64,000 bases of DNA, taken from the sequence record OR544955; one strand, given 5' to 3'. Position 1 is the first letter of the stretch. Each line of letters begins with the position of its first letter. This document shows, one piece after another, positions 1 through 12,158 of the stretch. The notes under the pieces are model-generated. The model saw only the letters and a program-made list of their open reading frames with translations, did not search any database and had not been told where the DNA came from. A program made the translations under genes and the position numbers. The stretch is from Escherichia phage vB_EcoP_EP32B.

Positions 1-1028
1 TCACCACTCAAAATTCCTGTAGGCAGCGTAAGATTAATAGTTCCGGTTGTAGCGTTATTTGTGCCAAAAATAAGAACTTCTTCATTTGGACGAATATTTG
101 AATCCGCACGGATAATACGAAGACGTGATTTCTGATCGCCTTCCCATATACGCCATAAACTATTTGAAGCATCAAAAACAAAAAACGCGTCAGAGTCATT
201 TCTGCCTTCGGCAATATGAGTCCCGACTTCACCAATAGACGTTGTATCATCAAATGTTTTAACAATTGTATGATACAGTGGGTTTAATCTATCTAAATCG
301 ACTAGGCTGATTATATCACCATTGTTAGCATTACGTGGAAGTGTAATGTTGATTGGTGCTGCACTAGTAAAACGACGAACGATAAAATCATTTGCTTGTG
401 CTTGATATGGTGTCGCAGGTGTAACAGTGATTGATTCTTTACCATAATCGGTAATATACATCTGCCACAAACGATTACTAAACACAAACAATAGTTGTGA
501 ACGTGGGCGTGTCATTAAAACTGTGCGAACTTGTTCACCTCTAAAGTTTAAAATACTCTGCACAGACGCGTTAATCTGTACTTTAACTGTCCCGGTTCTT
601 CCACCAATATCAGCCAAAACAACAGTATCACCATCAACCGGCGCATTTGGCAACGTGAAAACCATATCATTGCCGGCCCCAGTGTTAACCGAAATCGAAT
701 CACCTGAAGAAAGTTGATAAGTCCCAGAAGCGACAGTTATCCATTGTGCATCAGTACGAACTGCACGCCATTGTAAAAGGTTAAATGCCCCGGAAGGAGA
801 CACGATATCATTTATTGCTTGATATAAACGGTTGTCGTAAAGAACAACAAATCCTTTGTTATATCCGCGCGTAGAATCATATACTTGAACGGTGTTTTCT
901 TGTACCAGGAAGTCAACGTTTACGCCATCAGTACCTACTGTACGGTCGGCTAATGCTACGTTAACAATCTTGTCGCCACCGGCGTCCAGACCGTCTTCGG
1001 CTCTGAACTTACGTTTGATGTCGGCCAT
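1..1028 (-). CDS. 34: Long tail fiber proximal subunit gp34, N-terminal ~340 codons (gene continues beyond window start)
   Basis: Minus-strand frame open from ATG (rc of 1026-1028) to the window edge; translation begins MADIKRKFRAEDGLDAGGDK... and continues ...PATPYQAQANDFIVRRFTSA..., matching T4 gp34 N-terminus from memory. Missing from ORF track because no stop lies inside the window. Late promoter 30 nt upstream. Confidence 0.8.
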   Translation of the reverse strand, partial: MADIKRKFRAEDGLDAGGDKIVNVALADRTVGTDGVNVDFLVQENTVQVYDSTRGYNKGFVVLYDNRLYQAINDIVSPSGAFNLLQWRAVRTDAQWITVASGTYQLSSGDSISVNTGAGNDMVFTLPNAPVDGDTVVLADIGGRTGTVKVQINASVQSILNFRGEQVRTVLMTRPRSQLLFVFSNRLWQMYITDYGKESITVTPATPYQAQANDFIVRRFTSAAPINITLPRNANNGDIISLVDLDRLNPLYHTIVKTFDDTTSIGEVGTHIAEGRNDSDAFFVFDASNSLWRIWEGDQKSRLRIIRADSNIRPNEEVLIFGTNNATTGTINLTLPTGILSG

Positions 1029-1058
1029 TCGTTTTTCCTTTATTGTTTCAATAATACT

Positions 1059-1066
1059 TATTTATA
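1059..1066 (-). promoter_or_regulatory. Late promoter (TATAAATA) for gene 34
   Basis: Plus-strand TATTTATA = minus-strand TATAAATA, ~30 nt upstream of gene 34 ATG. Confidence 0.7.
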
Positions 1067-1069
1067 CCA

Positions 1070-1100
1070 GTTTACGCTTTCAAATGAGTATGTTACTATA
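1070..1100 (+). promoter_or_regulatory. T4-type early promoter upstream of rnh
   Basis: GTTTAC at 1070-1075 and TACTAT-type -10 about 18 nt downstream. Confidence 0.6.
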
Positions 1101-1131
1101 GTCAAGTTGACTAACTGAACAAGAGGTTCAT

Positions 1132-2049
1132 ATGGATTTAGAAATGATGTTGGATGAAGATTACAAAGAAGGTATTGCACTTGCCGACTTTAGTAACATT
1201 GCATTAGCAGCTGCATTAAACAACTTTGAAGACGGTGATAAAATTACTGTTCCGATGGTTCGTCATGTAATCTTGAATTCAATTCGTAAAAACGTAGTGA
1301 TGTTCCGTAAGCAAGGCTATACAAAATTTGTATTGTGTATGGATAATGCTACTTCAGGTTATTGGCGTCGTGACTTTGCTTACTATTACAAGAAAAATCG
1401 TAAAACCGATCGTGAAGCTTCAAAGTGGGATTGGGAAGGATATTTTACTGCTCTCCGTCAAGTTGTTGATGAGATTAAGAAATACATGCCATACGTTGTA
1501 ATGGATATTGACAAGTATGAAGCAGATGACCATATCGGTGTATTAACTAAATATTTGTCATTAGCTGGTCATAAGGTATGTATTGTTGCATCAGATGGTG
1601 ACTTTACACAATTACACAAATATCCTAACGTTAAACAGTGGTCGCCACCACAGAAAAAATGGGTTAAAATTAAGAACGGTTCTGCTGAAATTGATTGCAT
1701 GACTAAAATTCTTAAAGGTGACCGTAAAGACGGCGTTGCATCTGTTCGAGTTCGTGGCGACTTTTGGTTTACCAGAGTTGATGGTGAACGAACTCCGAGC
1801 ATGAAAACAACGATTATTGAAGCAATTGCCAATGACCGTTCTCAAGCTGAAGTATTATTAAGTGCAGAAGAATATAAACGGTATCAAGAAAATTTGGTTC
1901 TCATTGATTTTGATTATATCCCTGATAATATTGCTTCAACCATTATAGAGTATTATAACTCATATAAACCACAACCTAAAGGCAAGATTTATTCATACTT
2001 TGTAAAATCTGGTCTTTCTAAATTAACAAGTGTAATTAATGAATTCTGA
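1132..2049 (+). CDS. rnh: RNase H / 5'-3' exonuclease (FEN family)
   Basis: 305-aa ORF, same length as T4 RNase H; position between gene 34 and dsbA; early promoter and RBS upstream. Confidence 0.88.
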   Translation: MDLEMMLDEDYKEGIALADFSNIALAAALNNFEDGDKITVPMVRHVILNSIRKNVVMFRKQGYTKFVLCMDNATSGYWRRDFAYYYKKNRKTDREASKWDWEGYFTALRQVVDEIKKYMPYVVMDIDKYEADDHIGVLTKYLSLAGHKVCIVASDGDFTQLHKYPNVKQWSPPQKKWVKIKNGSAEIDCMTKILKGDRKDGVASVRVRGDFWFTRVDGERTPSMKTTIIEAIANDRSQAEVLLSAEEYKRYQENLVLIDFDYIPDNIASTIIEYYNSYKPQPKGKIYSYFVKSGLSKLTSVINEF

Positions 2050-2056
2050 GGTAAAC

Positions 2057-2326
2057 ATGGCTAAGAAAGAAGCAGTTGAATTTAATCAAGATGTGCATGG
2101 TGAAGAACTGGCTAAACTAGTCAAGGAAGCTTCCGATAACAAACTTAAAATTTCTGGTTATAATGAACTGATTAAAGACATTCGTACTCGTGCTAAAGAA
2201 GAGCTTGGCGTCGATGGAAAAATGTTTAATCGTTTGTTAGCTCTTTATCATAAAGACGCTCGTGACCAATTTGAAGCTGAAAATGAAGAGGTAGTCGAGC
2301 TTTATGACACAGTTTTCACTAAGTGA
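2057..2326 (+). CDS. dsbA: dsDNA-binding protein DsbA (late transcription enhancer)
   Basis: 89-aa product from ATG at 2057 (MAKKEAVEF...), GAGG RBS upstream; T4 DsbA is 89 aa; synteny rnh-dsbA-33. Confidence 0.75.
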   Translation: MAKKEAVEFNQDVHGEELAKLVKEASDNKLKISGYNELIKDIRTRAKEELGVDGKMFNRLLALYHKDARDQFEAENEEVVELYDTVFTK

Positions 2327-2642
2327 TATTAAACCGGTTGATGAGGCCGGTTTATCTGAACAAGAATTAGCAGTAAAACACGATAAAGATGATATCGCTA
2401 AATTGCTTGACCGTCAAGAAAACGGATTCATTATCGAATCCATGGTTGAACAATTTGGTATGTCTTATTTAGAAGCAACAACTGCTTTCTTGGAAGAAAA
2501 TTCTATTCCAGAAACACAATTTGCTAAATTTATTCCTACAGGAATTGTTGAAAAAATTACAAGCGAAGCAATTGACGAAAACATGCTTCGCCCATCAGTT
2601 GCTCGTGGTGAAAAAACTAATACGCTAGATTTCTTATTATGA
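2304..2642 (+). CDS. 33: Late transcription co-activator gp33
   Basis: 112 aa, identical length to T4 gp33; synteny dsbA-33-59. Confidence 0.8.
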   Translation: MTQFSLSDIKPVDEAGLSEQELAVKHDKDDIAKLLDRQENGFIIESMVEQFGMSYLEATTAFLEENSIPETQFAKFIPTGIVEKITSEAIDENMLRPSVARGEKTNTLDFLL

Positions 2643-3292
2643 TTAAAATACGCATGCCTCCTGATGGAGAACGTTATATTAACGGAAAATCGGTATACAA
2701 ACTATACTTGATGTGCAAACAACATTTTAATGGTCGGTATGACGTAATCAAATATAACTGGTGCATGCGTGTTTCGGATAATGCGTATCAAAAACGCCGA
2801 GATAAATATTTCTTTGAAAAACTAGCAGAGAAATATAAATTGAAGGAACTCACCTTGATATTCATAAGCAACTTAGTTGCTAACCAAGACGCATGGATTG
2901 GTGAGATATCAGACGCTGATGCATTAGTTTTCTATAGGGAATATATTGGACGTCTCAAACAAGCTAAAGAGTCGTTTGCTGAAGATGTACGTAACATCTA
3001 CTATTTCAGTAAGAAAGTTGAAGTTAGTGCGCTTCAAGAGATATTTGATTATAATAATAAAGTTCAGTCGAGCTACATATTTAAATTGCTACAAAGCAAT
3101 ATAATTTCGTTTGAAACTTTCTTATTGTTGGACTCATTTTTGAATATTATAGATAAGCACGACGAACTCACCGATAACTTAGTCTGGCAAAATTATTCTA
3201 CCAAATTAAAGGCATATCGAAAAATACTTCAAATCGATGGAAATGCTGCTAAGAAATTGTTCATAGAAACAATCAAATCATGTAAGTATTAA
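2639..3292 (+). CDS. 59: Helicase loader gp59
   Basis: 217 aa, identical length to T4 gp59; immediately upstream of gene 32. Confidence 0.85.
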   Translation: MIKIRMPPDGERYINGKSVYKLYLMCKQHFNGRYDVIKYNWCMRVSDNAYQKRRDKYFFEKLAEKYKLKELTLIFISNLVANQDAWIGEISDADALVFYREYIGRLKQAKESFAEDVRNIYYFSKKVEVSALQEIFDYNNKVQSSYIFKLLQSNIISFETFLLLDSFLNIIDKHDELTDNLVWQNYSTKLKAYRKILQIDGNAAKKLFIETIKSCKY

Positions 3293-3321
3293 GCTTTATT
3301 TTATCTGTGTTAGAATTACCG

Positions 3322-3329
3322 TATAAATA
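3322..3329 (+). promoter_or_regulatory. Late promoter (TATAAATA) upstream of gene 32
   Basis: Exact TATAAATA ~80 nt upstream of gene 32 start; T4 gene 32 is known to have late promoters. Confidence 0.6.
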
Positions 3330-3369
3330 AATCATACCAGCTACGAGGTATAAGTGTCGTAGCAACCAA

Positions 3370-3408
3370 CTGTAAATAAATTAAATAATCTAAATAAAGG
3401 TAAATATA
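3370..3408 (+). promoter_or_regulatory. A/U-rich leader resembling the gene 32 translational operator
   Basis: Leader ...AAATAAATTAAATAATCTAAATAAAGGTAAATATA-ATG: repeated UUAAA/UAAAU elements directly 5' of the start codon, as in the T4 gp32 autoregulatory site. Confidence 0.45.
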
Positions 3409-4029
3409 ATGTTTAAACGTAAATCTACTGCTGACCTCGCTGCTCAAATGGCTAAACTGAACGGTAACAAAGGTTTCTCTTCAGAAGATAAAGGCGAATG
3501 GAAGCTGAAACTCGACGCATCCGGTAATGGTCAAGCGGTAATTCGTTTCCTGCCGGCAAAAACAGATGACGCCATCTACACACGGCGATTATGACTCTTG
3601 TCCTGTATGTCAGTACATTAGTAAAAATGACCTGTACAATACCAACAAAAATGAATATTCTCAACTGAAACGTAAAACTTCTTATTGGGCTAATATTCTG
3701 GTTGTTAAAGACCCTCAAGCTCCAGATAACGAAGGTAAAGTATTCAAATACCGTTTTGGTAAAAAGATTTGGGACAAAATCAATGCAATGATTGCAGTTG
3801 ATACTGAAATGGGTGAAACTCCTGTTGATGTAACTTGGTTCTTGGTACTGCCGCTCTGGGCGGTGCAGCAGCTGCCGCAGCTTCTGTTGCAGATAAAGTT
3901 GCTTCTGACCTTGACGATTTTGATAAAGACATGGAAGCCTTTAGTTCTGCAAAAACTGAAGATGACTTCATGAGCTCTACCTCATCCTCTGATGATGGCG
4001 ACCTCGATGACCTGTTAGCTGGTCTATAA
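3409..4029 (+). pseudogene. 32: ssDNA-binding protein gene 32, interrupted by two frame-breaking lesions (about 621 bp versus ~906 bp expected)
   Basis: Frame 1 [36 protein letters not shown]...AVIRFLP matches T4 gp32 N-terminus then stops; frame 2 resumes at ...[21 protein letters not shown]...GETPVDVT (zinc-binding region); frame 1 again supplies the acidic C-terminus ...[12 protein letters not shown]. About 20 residues before THGDYD and most of the core after DVT are absent. Confidence 0.8.
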
Positions 4030-4035
4030 TAAATC

Positions 4036-4058
4036 GGGAGACTTCGGTCTCCCTTTTG
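4036..4058 (+). terminator. Intrinsic terminator after gene 32
   Basis: Perfect hairpin GGGAGAC-TTCG-GTCTCCC followed by TTTTG. Confidence 0.8.
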
Positions 4059-4084
4059 AGTATCTGTAAATTGCCAAAAAAGTT

Positions 4085-4114
4085 GTTTACTTCTTCCCTG
4101 GATGTATTAGTATA
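4085..4114 (+). promoter_or_regulatory. T4-type early promoter
   Basis: GTTTAC at 4085-4090, -10-like TATTAG/TAGTAT ~17 nt downstream. Confidence 0.5.
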
Positions 4115-4142
4115 GACATATCAACAACATGAGGAAATCAAA

Positions 4143-4535
4143 ATGGAAATCGGAAAATCTTATATCATTAACCCTTTATTTAAAGACGACTTTGTTCAAG
4201 AAGCACCACATAATAACGCTAAGATGTTAAAACTGATTGAACTCCATGGGCCTAGTTTTGTTGTAAACGGAATGGAACCTGATTATGATAGCGATACGTC
4301 AAACGTAGTAAGTGTAACTATGGAAGATGGTACTGTATGTTCTGCCGGTGGTGAAATTGAAACTTATTTTGAGATTTATCCTGACGAGTTCAAATACTTT
4401 ACTGAGGTAGATTTAGTAAAACCTCAACCTACTAACGAAGGTATAACTTTAGGTGTAACAAAAATCCATTGTATCGTAGATGAAACCAACGTCGACGAAA
4501 TCATCAAACTTTTGCAAAAAACTTTTAAAAAGTAG
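4143..4535 (+). CDS. Hypothetical early protein (frd.x position)
   Basis: 130-aa ORF on the sense strand of the early array; early promoter at 4085-4114. Confidence 0.5.
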   Translation: MEIGKSYIINPLFKDDFVQEAPHNNAKMLKLIELHGPSFVVNGMEPDYDSDTSNVVSVTMEDGTVCSAGGEIETYFEIYPDEFKYFTEVDLVKPQPTNEGITLGVTKIHCIVDETNVDEIIKLLQKTFKK

Positions 4536-4598
4536 TGTATAACAAGATAGGGCTATGTTATAGTAGTCCTATCAAATAAAAGTGAAGAGGAGAATAAA

Positions 4599-6196
<1,598 letters not shown>

Positions 6197-6451
6197 ATGA
6201 TTTTACGTTTTATTAATTCATATGGCACCACAATTTTTGAAATGAAAAATCCAAGTGAACTGGATATCCCTTCACCGAATAGTGAAATCACAGTTAAAGG
6301 TGAACGATTCATTTGCTATTCACACGAACGAATTTATGAATATCGTGAATTTTGTGGTGGTTACGGTATAGAAAAAGAACCGTTGGTTTATTTCGATATC
6401 ACAGTCTTGACACCTAAAGAATACGAAGAAATTATTGCTGAGGATAATTAA
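6197..6451 (+). CDS. Hypothetical early protein (nrdA.x position)
   Basis: 84-aa ORF between td and nrdA on the sense strand. Confidence 0.5.
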   Translation: MILRFINSYGTTIFEMKNPSELDIPSPNSEITVKGERFICYSHERIYEYREFCGGYGIEKEPLVYFDITVLTPKEYEEIIAEDN

Positions 6452-6538
6452 CGCTTCAGTTTAAAAGTGTATAATAAATTAACGGGATAAATACTATCCC
6501 GTTTGGAGTAATGTCTATCAACCTATACCGAGGACTAT

Positions 6539-8794
6539 ATGCAAGTAACTAAGAGCAGTGGTGTATCCCAAAATTTTGATGCACAGAAAATTATTCAAGT
6601 CTTAACTTGGCAATGTGAAGGAACACAAATTGACCCATATGAATTGTACGAAGAAATTAAGACCCATCTTGTCGATGGGATGAGCACCAAAGATATTCAG
6701 AAGATTTGTATTAAAGTTGCGGCTAACTCGATTTCTGTCGAAGAACCTGATTATCAGTATGTCGCCGCTAAAGGATTAATGTTTGCACTTCGTAAAGATG
6801 TATACGGACAGTTTGAACCACCTGCTTTTATCGACCATATTTCTTACTGTGTTAATGAAGGCAAATACGACCCCGAGCTGTTGTCTCAATATTCAGCAGA
6901 AGAAATCATTTATCTTGATTCTCGGATTAAACACGAACGAGATTTTGACCTGACTTATGCTGGTGCTATGCAGCTTAAAGAAAAATATCTAGTTAAAGAT
7001 AAAACAACTGGGAAGATTTATGAAACTCCACAGTTTGCTATCATGGCTATTGGCATGGCCTTACATCAAGACGAAACTCGTGACCGTTTGAAACATATTA
7101 TTCGTTTTTATGATGCCGTTTCTACTCATCAAGTTTCATTGCCTACCCCAATTATGGCAGGTGCTCGTACTCCGACTCGCCAGTTCTCTAGTTGTGTAGT
7201 TATTGAAGCCGGTGATTCGTTAAAATCTATTAACAAAACTTCAGCATCAATTATTGAATATATTTCTAAACGAGCTGGTATTGGTATCAACGTTGGTATG
7301 CTTCGTGCAGAAGGTTCTAAGATCGGTATGGGTGAAGTTCGACATACGGGTGTTATTCCATTCTGGAAACATTTCCAAACTGCAGTAAAATCTTGTTCTC
7401 AAGGTGGTATTCGTGGTGGTGCTGCTACAGCGTATTATCCGATGTGGCACTTAGAAGTAGAGAACCTATTAGTTCTGAAAAATAACAAAGGCGTGGATGA
7501 AAACCGTATTCGACATATGGACTACGGAATTCAGATTAATGACCTTATGATGGAACGCCTTGGTAAAAATGATTATATTACTTTATTTAGCCCTCACGAA
7601 ATGTCAGGCGAACTATACTACTCGTTCTTTGAAGATCAAGATAAATTCCGTGAGCTTTATGAGAAAGCTGAAAAAGACCCGACAATCAGAAAGAAAAGAA
7701 TCAAAGCACTAGAACTCTTTGAATTGTTCATGACTGAACGTTCTGGCACTGCTCGAATTTATCCACAATTCGTTGATAACACGAATAACTACACTCCGTT
7801 TATTCGTGAAAAAGCTCCAATTCGTCAGAGTAACTTATGTTGTGAAATCGCTATTCCGACTAATGATGTGAATGGCCCTGATGCTGAAATTGGTTTATGC
7901 ACATTATCTGCTTTTGTATTAGATAAATTTGATTGGCAAGACCAAGATAAAATTAATGAACTTGCTGAAGTACAAGTACGTGCACTTGATAACCTGTTAG
8001 ACTATCAAGATTATCCGGTTCCAGAAGCTTTAAAAGCCAAAAAGCGTCGAAACCTCGGTGTCGGTGTGACGAACTATGCCGCATGGTTAGCTTCTAACTT
8101 TGCTTCATATGAAGACGCTAACGATTTGACTCATGAATTGTTTGAGAGATTGCAATATGGCCTTATCAAAGCTTCAATCAAACTCGCCAAAGAAAAAGGA
8201 CCTTGCGAGTATTATTCAGACACTAAATGGTCTCGAGGCGAATTACCTATCGACTGGTACAATAAAAAGATTGACCAAATCGCAGCCCCGAACTACGTCT
8301 GTGACTGGGAAGAACTTCGAGCTGAACTCAAAGAACATGGAATTCGTAACTCAACATTGTCTGCACTTATGCCATGTGAATCAAGCAGCCAGGTTTCTAA
8401 CTCTACAAACGGGATTGAACCGCCGCGTGGTCCAGTAAGTATTAAAGAATCTAAAGAAGGCAACTTCCGTCAGGTTGTTCCTAATATAGAACATAACATG
8501 AGTCTTTACGACTACGCGTGGAAACTTGCTAAGAAAGGTAATAAACCTTATTTGACCCAAGTTGCTATCATGTTGAAATGGGTGTGCCAATCTGCTTCTG
8601 CTAATACTTACTATGACCCTGCGGTATTTGAGAAAGGTAAAGTACCAATGTCAGTAATGCTTGACGATCTACTTTACTTCTGGTACTTTGGTGGAAAAAA
8701 TCTCTACTATCATAACACTCGTGATGGGTCAGGTACAGATGACTATGAATTAGAAACACCTAAAGCTGAAGATTGTTCTGCTTGTAAGCTTTAA
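6539..8794 (+). CDS. nrdA: Ribonucleoside-diphosphate reductase large subunit
   Basis: 751 aa (T4 754); RNR active-site region ...RQSNLCCEIAIP... and C-terminal Cys pair (CSACKL). Confidence 0.93.
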   Translation: MQVTKSSGVSQNFDAQKIIQVLTWQCEGTQIDPYELYEEIKTHLVDGMSTKDIQKICIKVAANSISVEEPDYQYVAAKGLMFALRKDVYGQFEPPAFIDHISYCVNEGKYDPELLSQYSAEEIIYLDSRIKHERDFDLTYAGAMQLKEKYLVKDKTTGKIYETPQFAIMAIGMALHQDETRDRLKHIIRFYDAVSTHQVSLPTPIMAGARTPTRQFSSCVVIEAGDSLKSINKTSASIIEYISKRAGIGINVGMLRAEGSKIGMGEVRHTGVIPFWKHFQTAVKSCSQGGIRGGAATAYYPMWHLEVENLLVLKNNKGVDENRIRHMDYGIQINDLMMERLGKNDYITLFSPHEMSGELYYSFFEDQDKFRELYEKAEKDPTIRKKRIKALELFELFMTERSGTARIYPQFVDNTNNYTPFIREKAPIRQSNLCCEIAIPTNDVNGPDAEIGLCTLSAFVLDKFDWQDQDKINELAEVQVRALDNLLDYQDYPVPEALKAKKRRNLGVGVTNYAAWLASNFASYEDANDLTHELFERLQYGLIKASIKLAKEKGPCEYYSDTKWSRGELPIDWYNKKIDQIAAPNYVCDWEELRAELKEHGIRNSTLSALMPCESSSQVSNSTNGIEPPRGPVSIKESKEGNFRQVVPNIEHNMSLYDYAWKLAKKGNKPYLTQVAIMLKWVCQSASANTYYDPAVFEKGKVPMSVMLDDLLYFWYFGGKNLYYHNTRDGSGTDDYELETPKAEDCSACKL

Positions 8795-8847
8795 GACTTT
8801 TTATTATAATTTACTCATGGATGAGTTAAACTAAGTGAGAAAATATA

Positions 8848-9944
8848 ATGAGTACAGTTTTTAACACACAACAAGTCGATGTTTTGAATGAACCGATGTT
8901 CTTTGGTTCTGGTCTTGGTATTGCGCGTTATGATATTCAACGACATAAAGTTTTTGAAGAACTTATAGAAAAATCCTTGTCGTTTTTTTGGCGCCCAGAA
9001 GAGGTAAACTTGATGTTGGACTCTGCGCAGTTCAATAAGCTTCCTCAGTTCCAACAAGACATCTTTACAAACAATCTTAAGTATCAATCATTATTAGATT
9101 CTATCCAAGGCAGGGCCCCATCTGCGGTACTTATGGCACTGATTTCTGACCCTTCATTAGATACGTGGGTTGCAACATGGACATTCAGTGAAACTATTCA
9201 CTCTCGTTCGTATACTCATATTATGCGAAATCTTTATACCGATCCATCCAAAGTATTTGATGAGATTGTATTAGACGAAGCAATCATGAAACGAGCTGAA
9301 TCAATAGGTAAATATTACGATGATGTTCTAGACAAGACTCGTCGTTGGGAAAATGCAAGCGTGATTTAATGAAGTCTCTTTATCTCTGTTTGCATGTAAT
9401 TAACGCCTTGGAAGCTATTCGTTTTTACGTATCATTTGCATGTACTTTCAACTTCCATAAAAACATGGAAATTATGGAAGGTAATGCAAAGATTATGAAG
9501 TTCATTGCTCGTGACGAACAACTCCACCTCAAGGGTACTCAGTACATTATCCGTCAACTTCAATCTGGTACTGATGGTGATGAGTGGGTTCAAATTGCTA
9601 AAGAATGTGAACAGGAAGCAGTTGACATTTTTATGGAAGTAAATAGACAAGAGAAGGAATGGGCTGCACATCTCTTTAAAGACGGTACATGCCCGGGTAT
9701 CAATACACAGAGTATGTGTGCTTTTGTTGATTACTTGACTGTGTCTCGTATGAAACAGTGTGGTTTGCCATGTCCAATTACTGATGCTCCGACCAAGCAT
9801 CCGTATCCTTGGATTCGTGAATATCTGAACTCTGATTTAGTTCAAGCAGCTCCTCAGGAAGTTGAAATCAGTTCTTATCTTGTCGCACAAATTGATAATG
9901 ATGTAGACCAAAATGTAATCAATTCATACAAAAAATATTTCTAA
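8848..9944 (+). pseudogene. nrdB: Ribonucleotide reductase small subunit gene, intronless, frame-shifted near 9345-9370
   Basis: ORF 8848..9369 (173 aa, ...TWTFSETIHSRSYTHI...) and ORF 9345..9944 (LYLCLHVINALEAIRFYVSFAC...EGNAKIMKFIARDEQLHL...) together cover R2 iron-centre motifs but lie in different frames. Confidence 0.85.
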
Positions 9945-9948
9945 GGAC

Positions 9949-9970
9949 GGGACTTCGGTCCCACTTTATT
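9949..9970 (+). terminator. Intrinsic terminator after nrdB
   Basis: GGGAC-TTCG-GTCCC hairpin followed by T-rich run. Confidence 0.65.
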
Positions 9971-10381
9971 ATGAAAGATATTGCCGCCGAATATTCCTTT
10001 ATTAAATATACAGAATTGGAGCTATTAGAAGATGCAACAATTAAAACAGTTGATGTCCCTAATAAGAAAAATGTCATATACGCTATTGCTATAGATGACG
10101 AACTTGTGTATATTGGTAAAACCAAGAATTTAAAGAAACGCATTAACTATTATCGAACAGCCATAAATCGAAAAGACCAGACTTCAGATTCAAGAAAATC
10201 ACTTATGATTTTGGATGCCTTAATGCAAGGCAAAAAGGTTGAATTCTGGGCCCGCCAATGTTTTGACCTTTCAGTCACCAACGAACTTGGTTCAATGACC
10301 ATCGCAACAATGGACCTTGAAGAACCGCTTTTTATCAAAAAGTTCAACCCGCCTTGGAATATCCAACATAAGAAAAAGTAG
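9971..10381 (+). CDS. denA: Endonuclease II (GIY-YIG family)
   Basis: 136 aa, same as T4 EndoII; GIY-YIG-like motif VIYAIAIDDELVYIGKTKNLKKRINYY; synteny nrdB-denA-rnlA. Confidence 0.8.
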   Translation: MKDIAAEYSFIKYTELELLEDATIKTVDVPNKKNVIYAIAIDDELVYIGKTKNLKKRINYYRTAINRKDQTSDSRKSLMILDALMQGKKVEFWARQCFDLSVTNELGSMTIATMDLEEPLFIKKFNPPWNIQHKKK

Positions 10382-10410
10382 TTTACATACCACAAGGATT
10401 GTGGTACAAT
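10381..10410 (+). promoter_or_regulatory. T4-type early promoter upstream of rnlA
   Basis: GTTTAC 10381-10386, TGGTACAAT extended -10 at 10402-10410. Confidence 0.6.
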
Positions 10411-10427
10411 TTAAAAAAACTAACTGA

Positions 10428-11561
<1,134 letters not shown>

Positions 11562-11563
11562 TG

Positions 11564-11593
11564 GTTTACAAACACCAAGGATGGTGTTACTAT
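11564..11593 (+). promoter_or_regulatory. T4-type early promoter
   Basis: GTTTAC 11564-11569; TGTTACTAT -10. Confidence 0.55.
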
Positions 11594-11623
11594 GGTTTTT
11601 ATCAATAACACGAGGAGAAAATT

Positions 11624-12124
11624 ATGAATATGCAATTGATTACTAACGATATGGTTGTGGCAGCATTTGGTGATTCTACAGATGGAATCCGGGTCTTTAA
11701 GAAAGGCCGTGCAGTTGGTTATCTTACGGACCTACGTACTACACTAGCCAAAAATGCTAAAAAGAAGTTAAAGCAAAAGGAATATTCAACACGTTACACT
11801 GAAGAGAAACGCGAAGCGATGCCGGAAGCAGTTAATGCCATGGTAGAATTTCTTCAAAACAATTTGACTAAATATGACGCTAATGTGTTCATTAATATTA
11901 GTCAACCAAACGTACATATCGCAGGTATAAAATTCTACATTATTTGCGACCCTCTTACCGACAAATTCAACCGTCTCGGAATCTCAAGTCCATATCATAC
12001 AGCAGAAGAGTTGTGTGTATTGTTTGAATCATACAAAATCCAGTGCGATGGTTTGAAAACCGTTCTTATCAATGGATTATCCCGAGATGAAATCATTGGG
12101 ATTATTAAAACATGCTTAAAGTAA
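11624..12124 (+). CDS. Hypothetical early protein at the position and size of T4 Alc
   Basis: 166 aa (T4 Alc 167 aa) directly after rnlA; identification by synteny and size only. Confidence 0.45.
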   Translation: MNMQLITNDMVVAAFGDSTDGIRVFKKGRAVGYLTDLRTTLAKNAKKKLKQKEYSTRYTEEKREAMPEAVNAMVEFLQNNLTKYDANVFINISQPNVHIAGIKFYIICDPLTDKFNRLGISSPYHTAEELCVLFESYKIQCDGLKTVLINGLSRDEIIGIIKTCLK

Positions 12125-12158
12125 ATCCAACAATAAAGTCGATTCGCTGAATACTGAA

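Noticed and set aside
8-1101. Track ORFs 8..265(-), 523..717(+), 892..1101(+) at the window start
   Set aside because: They lie in alternative frames or antisense within the gene 34 coding region, which has a long open frame with a T4 gp34-like translation; no RBS or promoter support.
1569-1845. Antisense ORFs inside rnh (1569..1832 -, 1612..1845 -)
   Set aside because: Fully embedded antisense to a well-supported gene; typical spurious ORFs.
3560-3580. Programmed ribosomal frameshift or gene 60-style translational bypass as an explanation for the split genes (32, td, nrdB, 30, 21, 23)
   Set aside because: Bypass or frameshifting would leave all codons present with extra sequence or a slippery site; here conserved protein segments are missing and no slippery heptamer or take-off/landing codon pair is evident.
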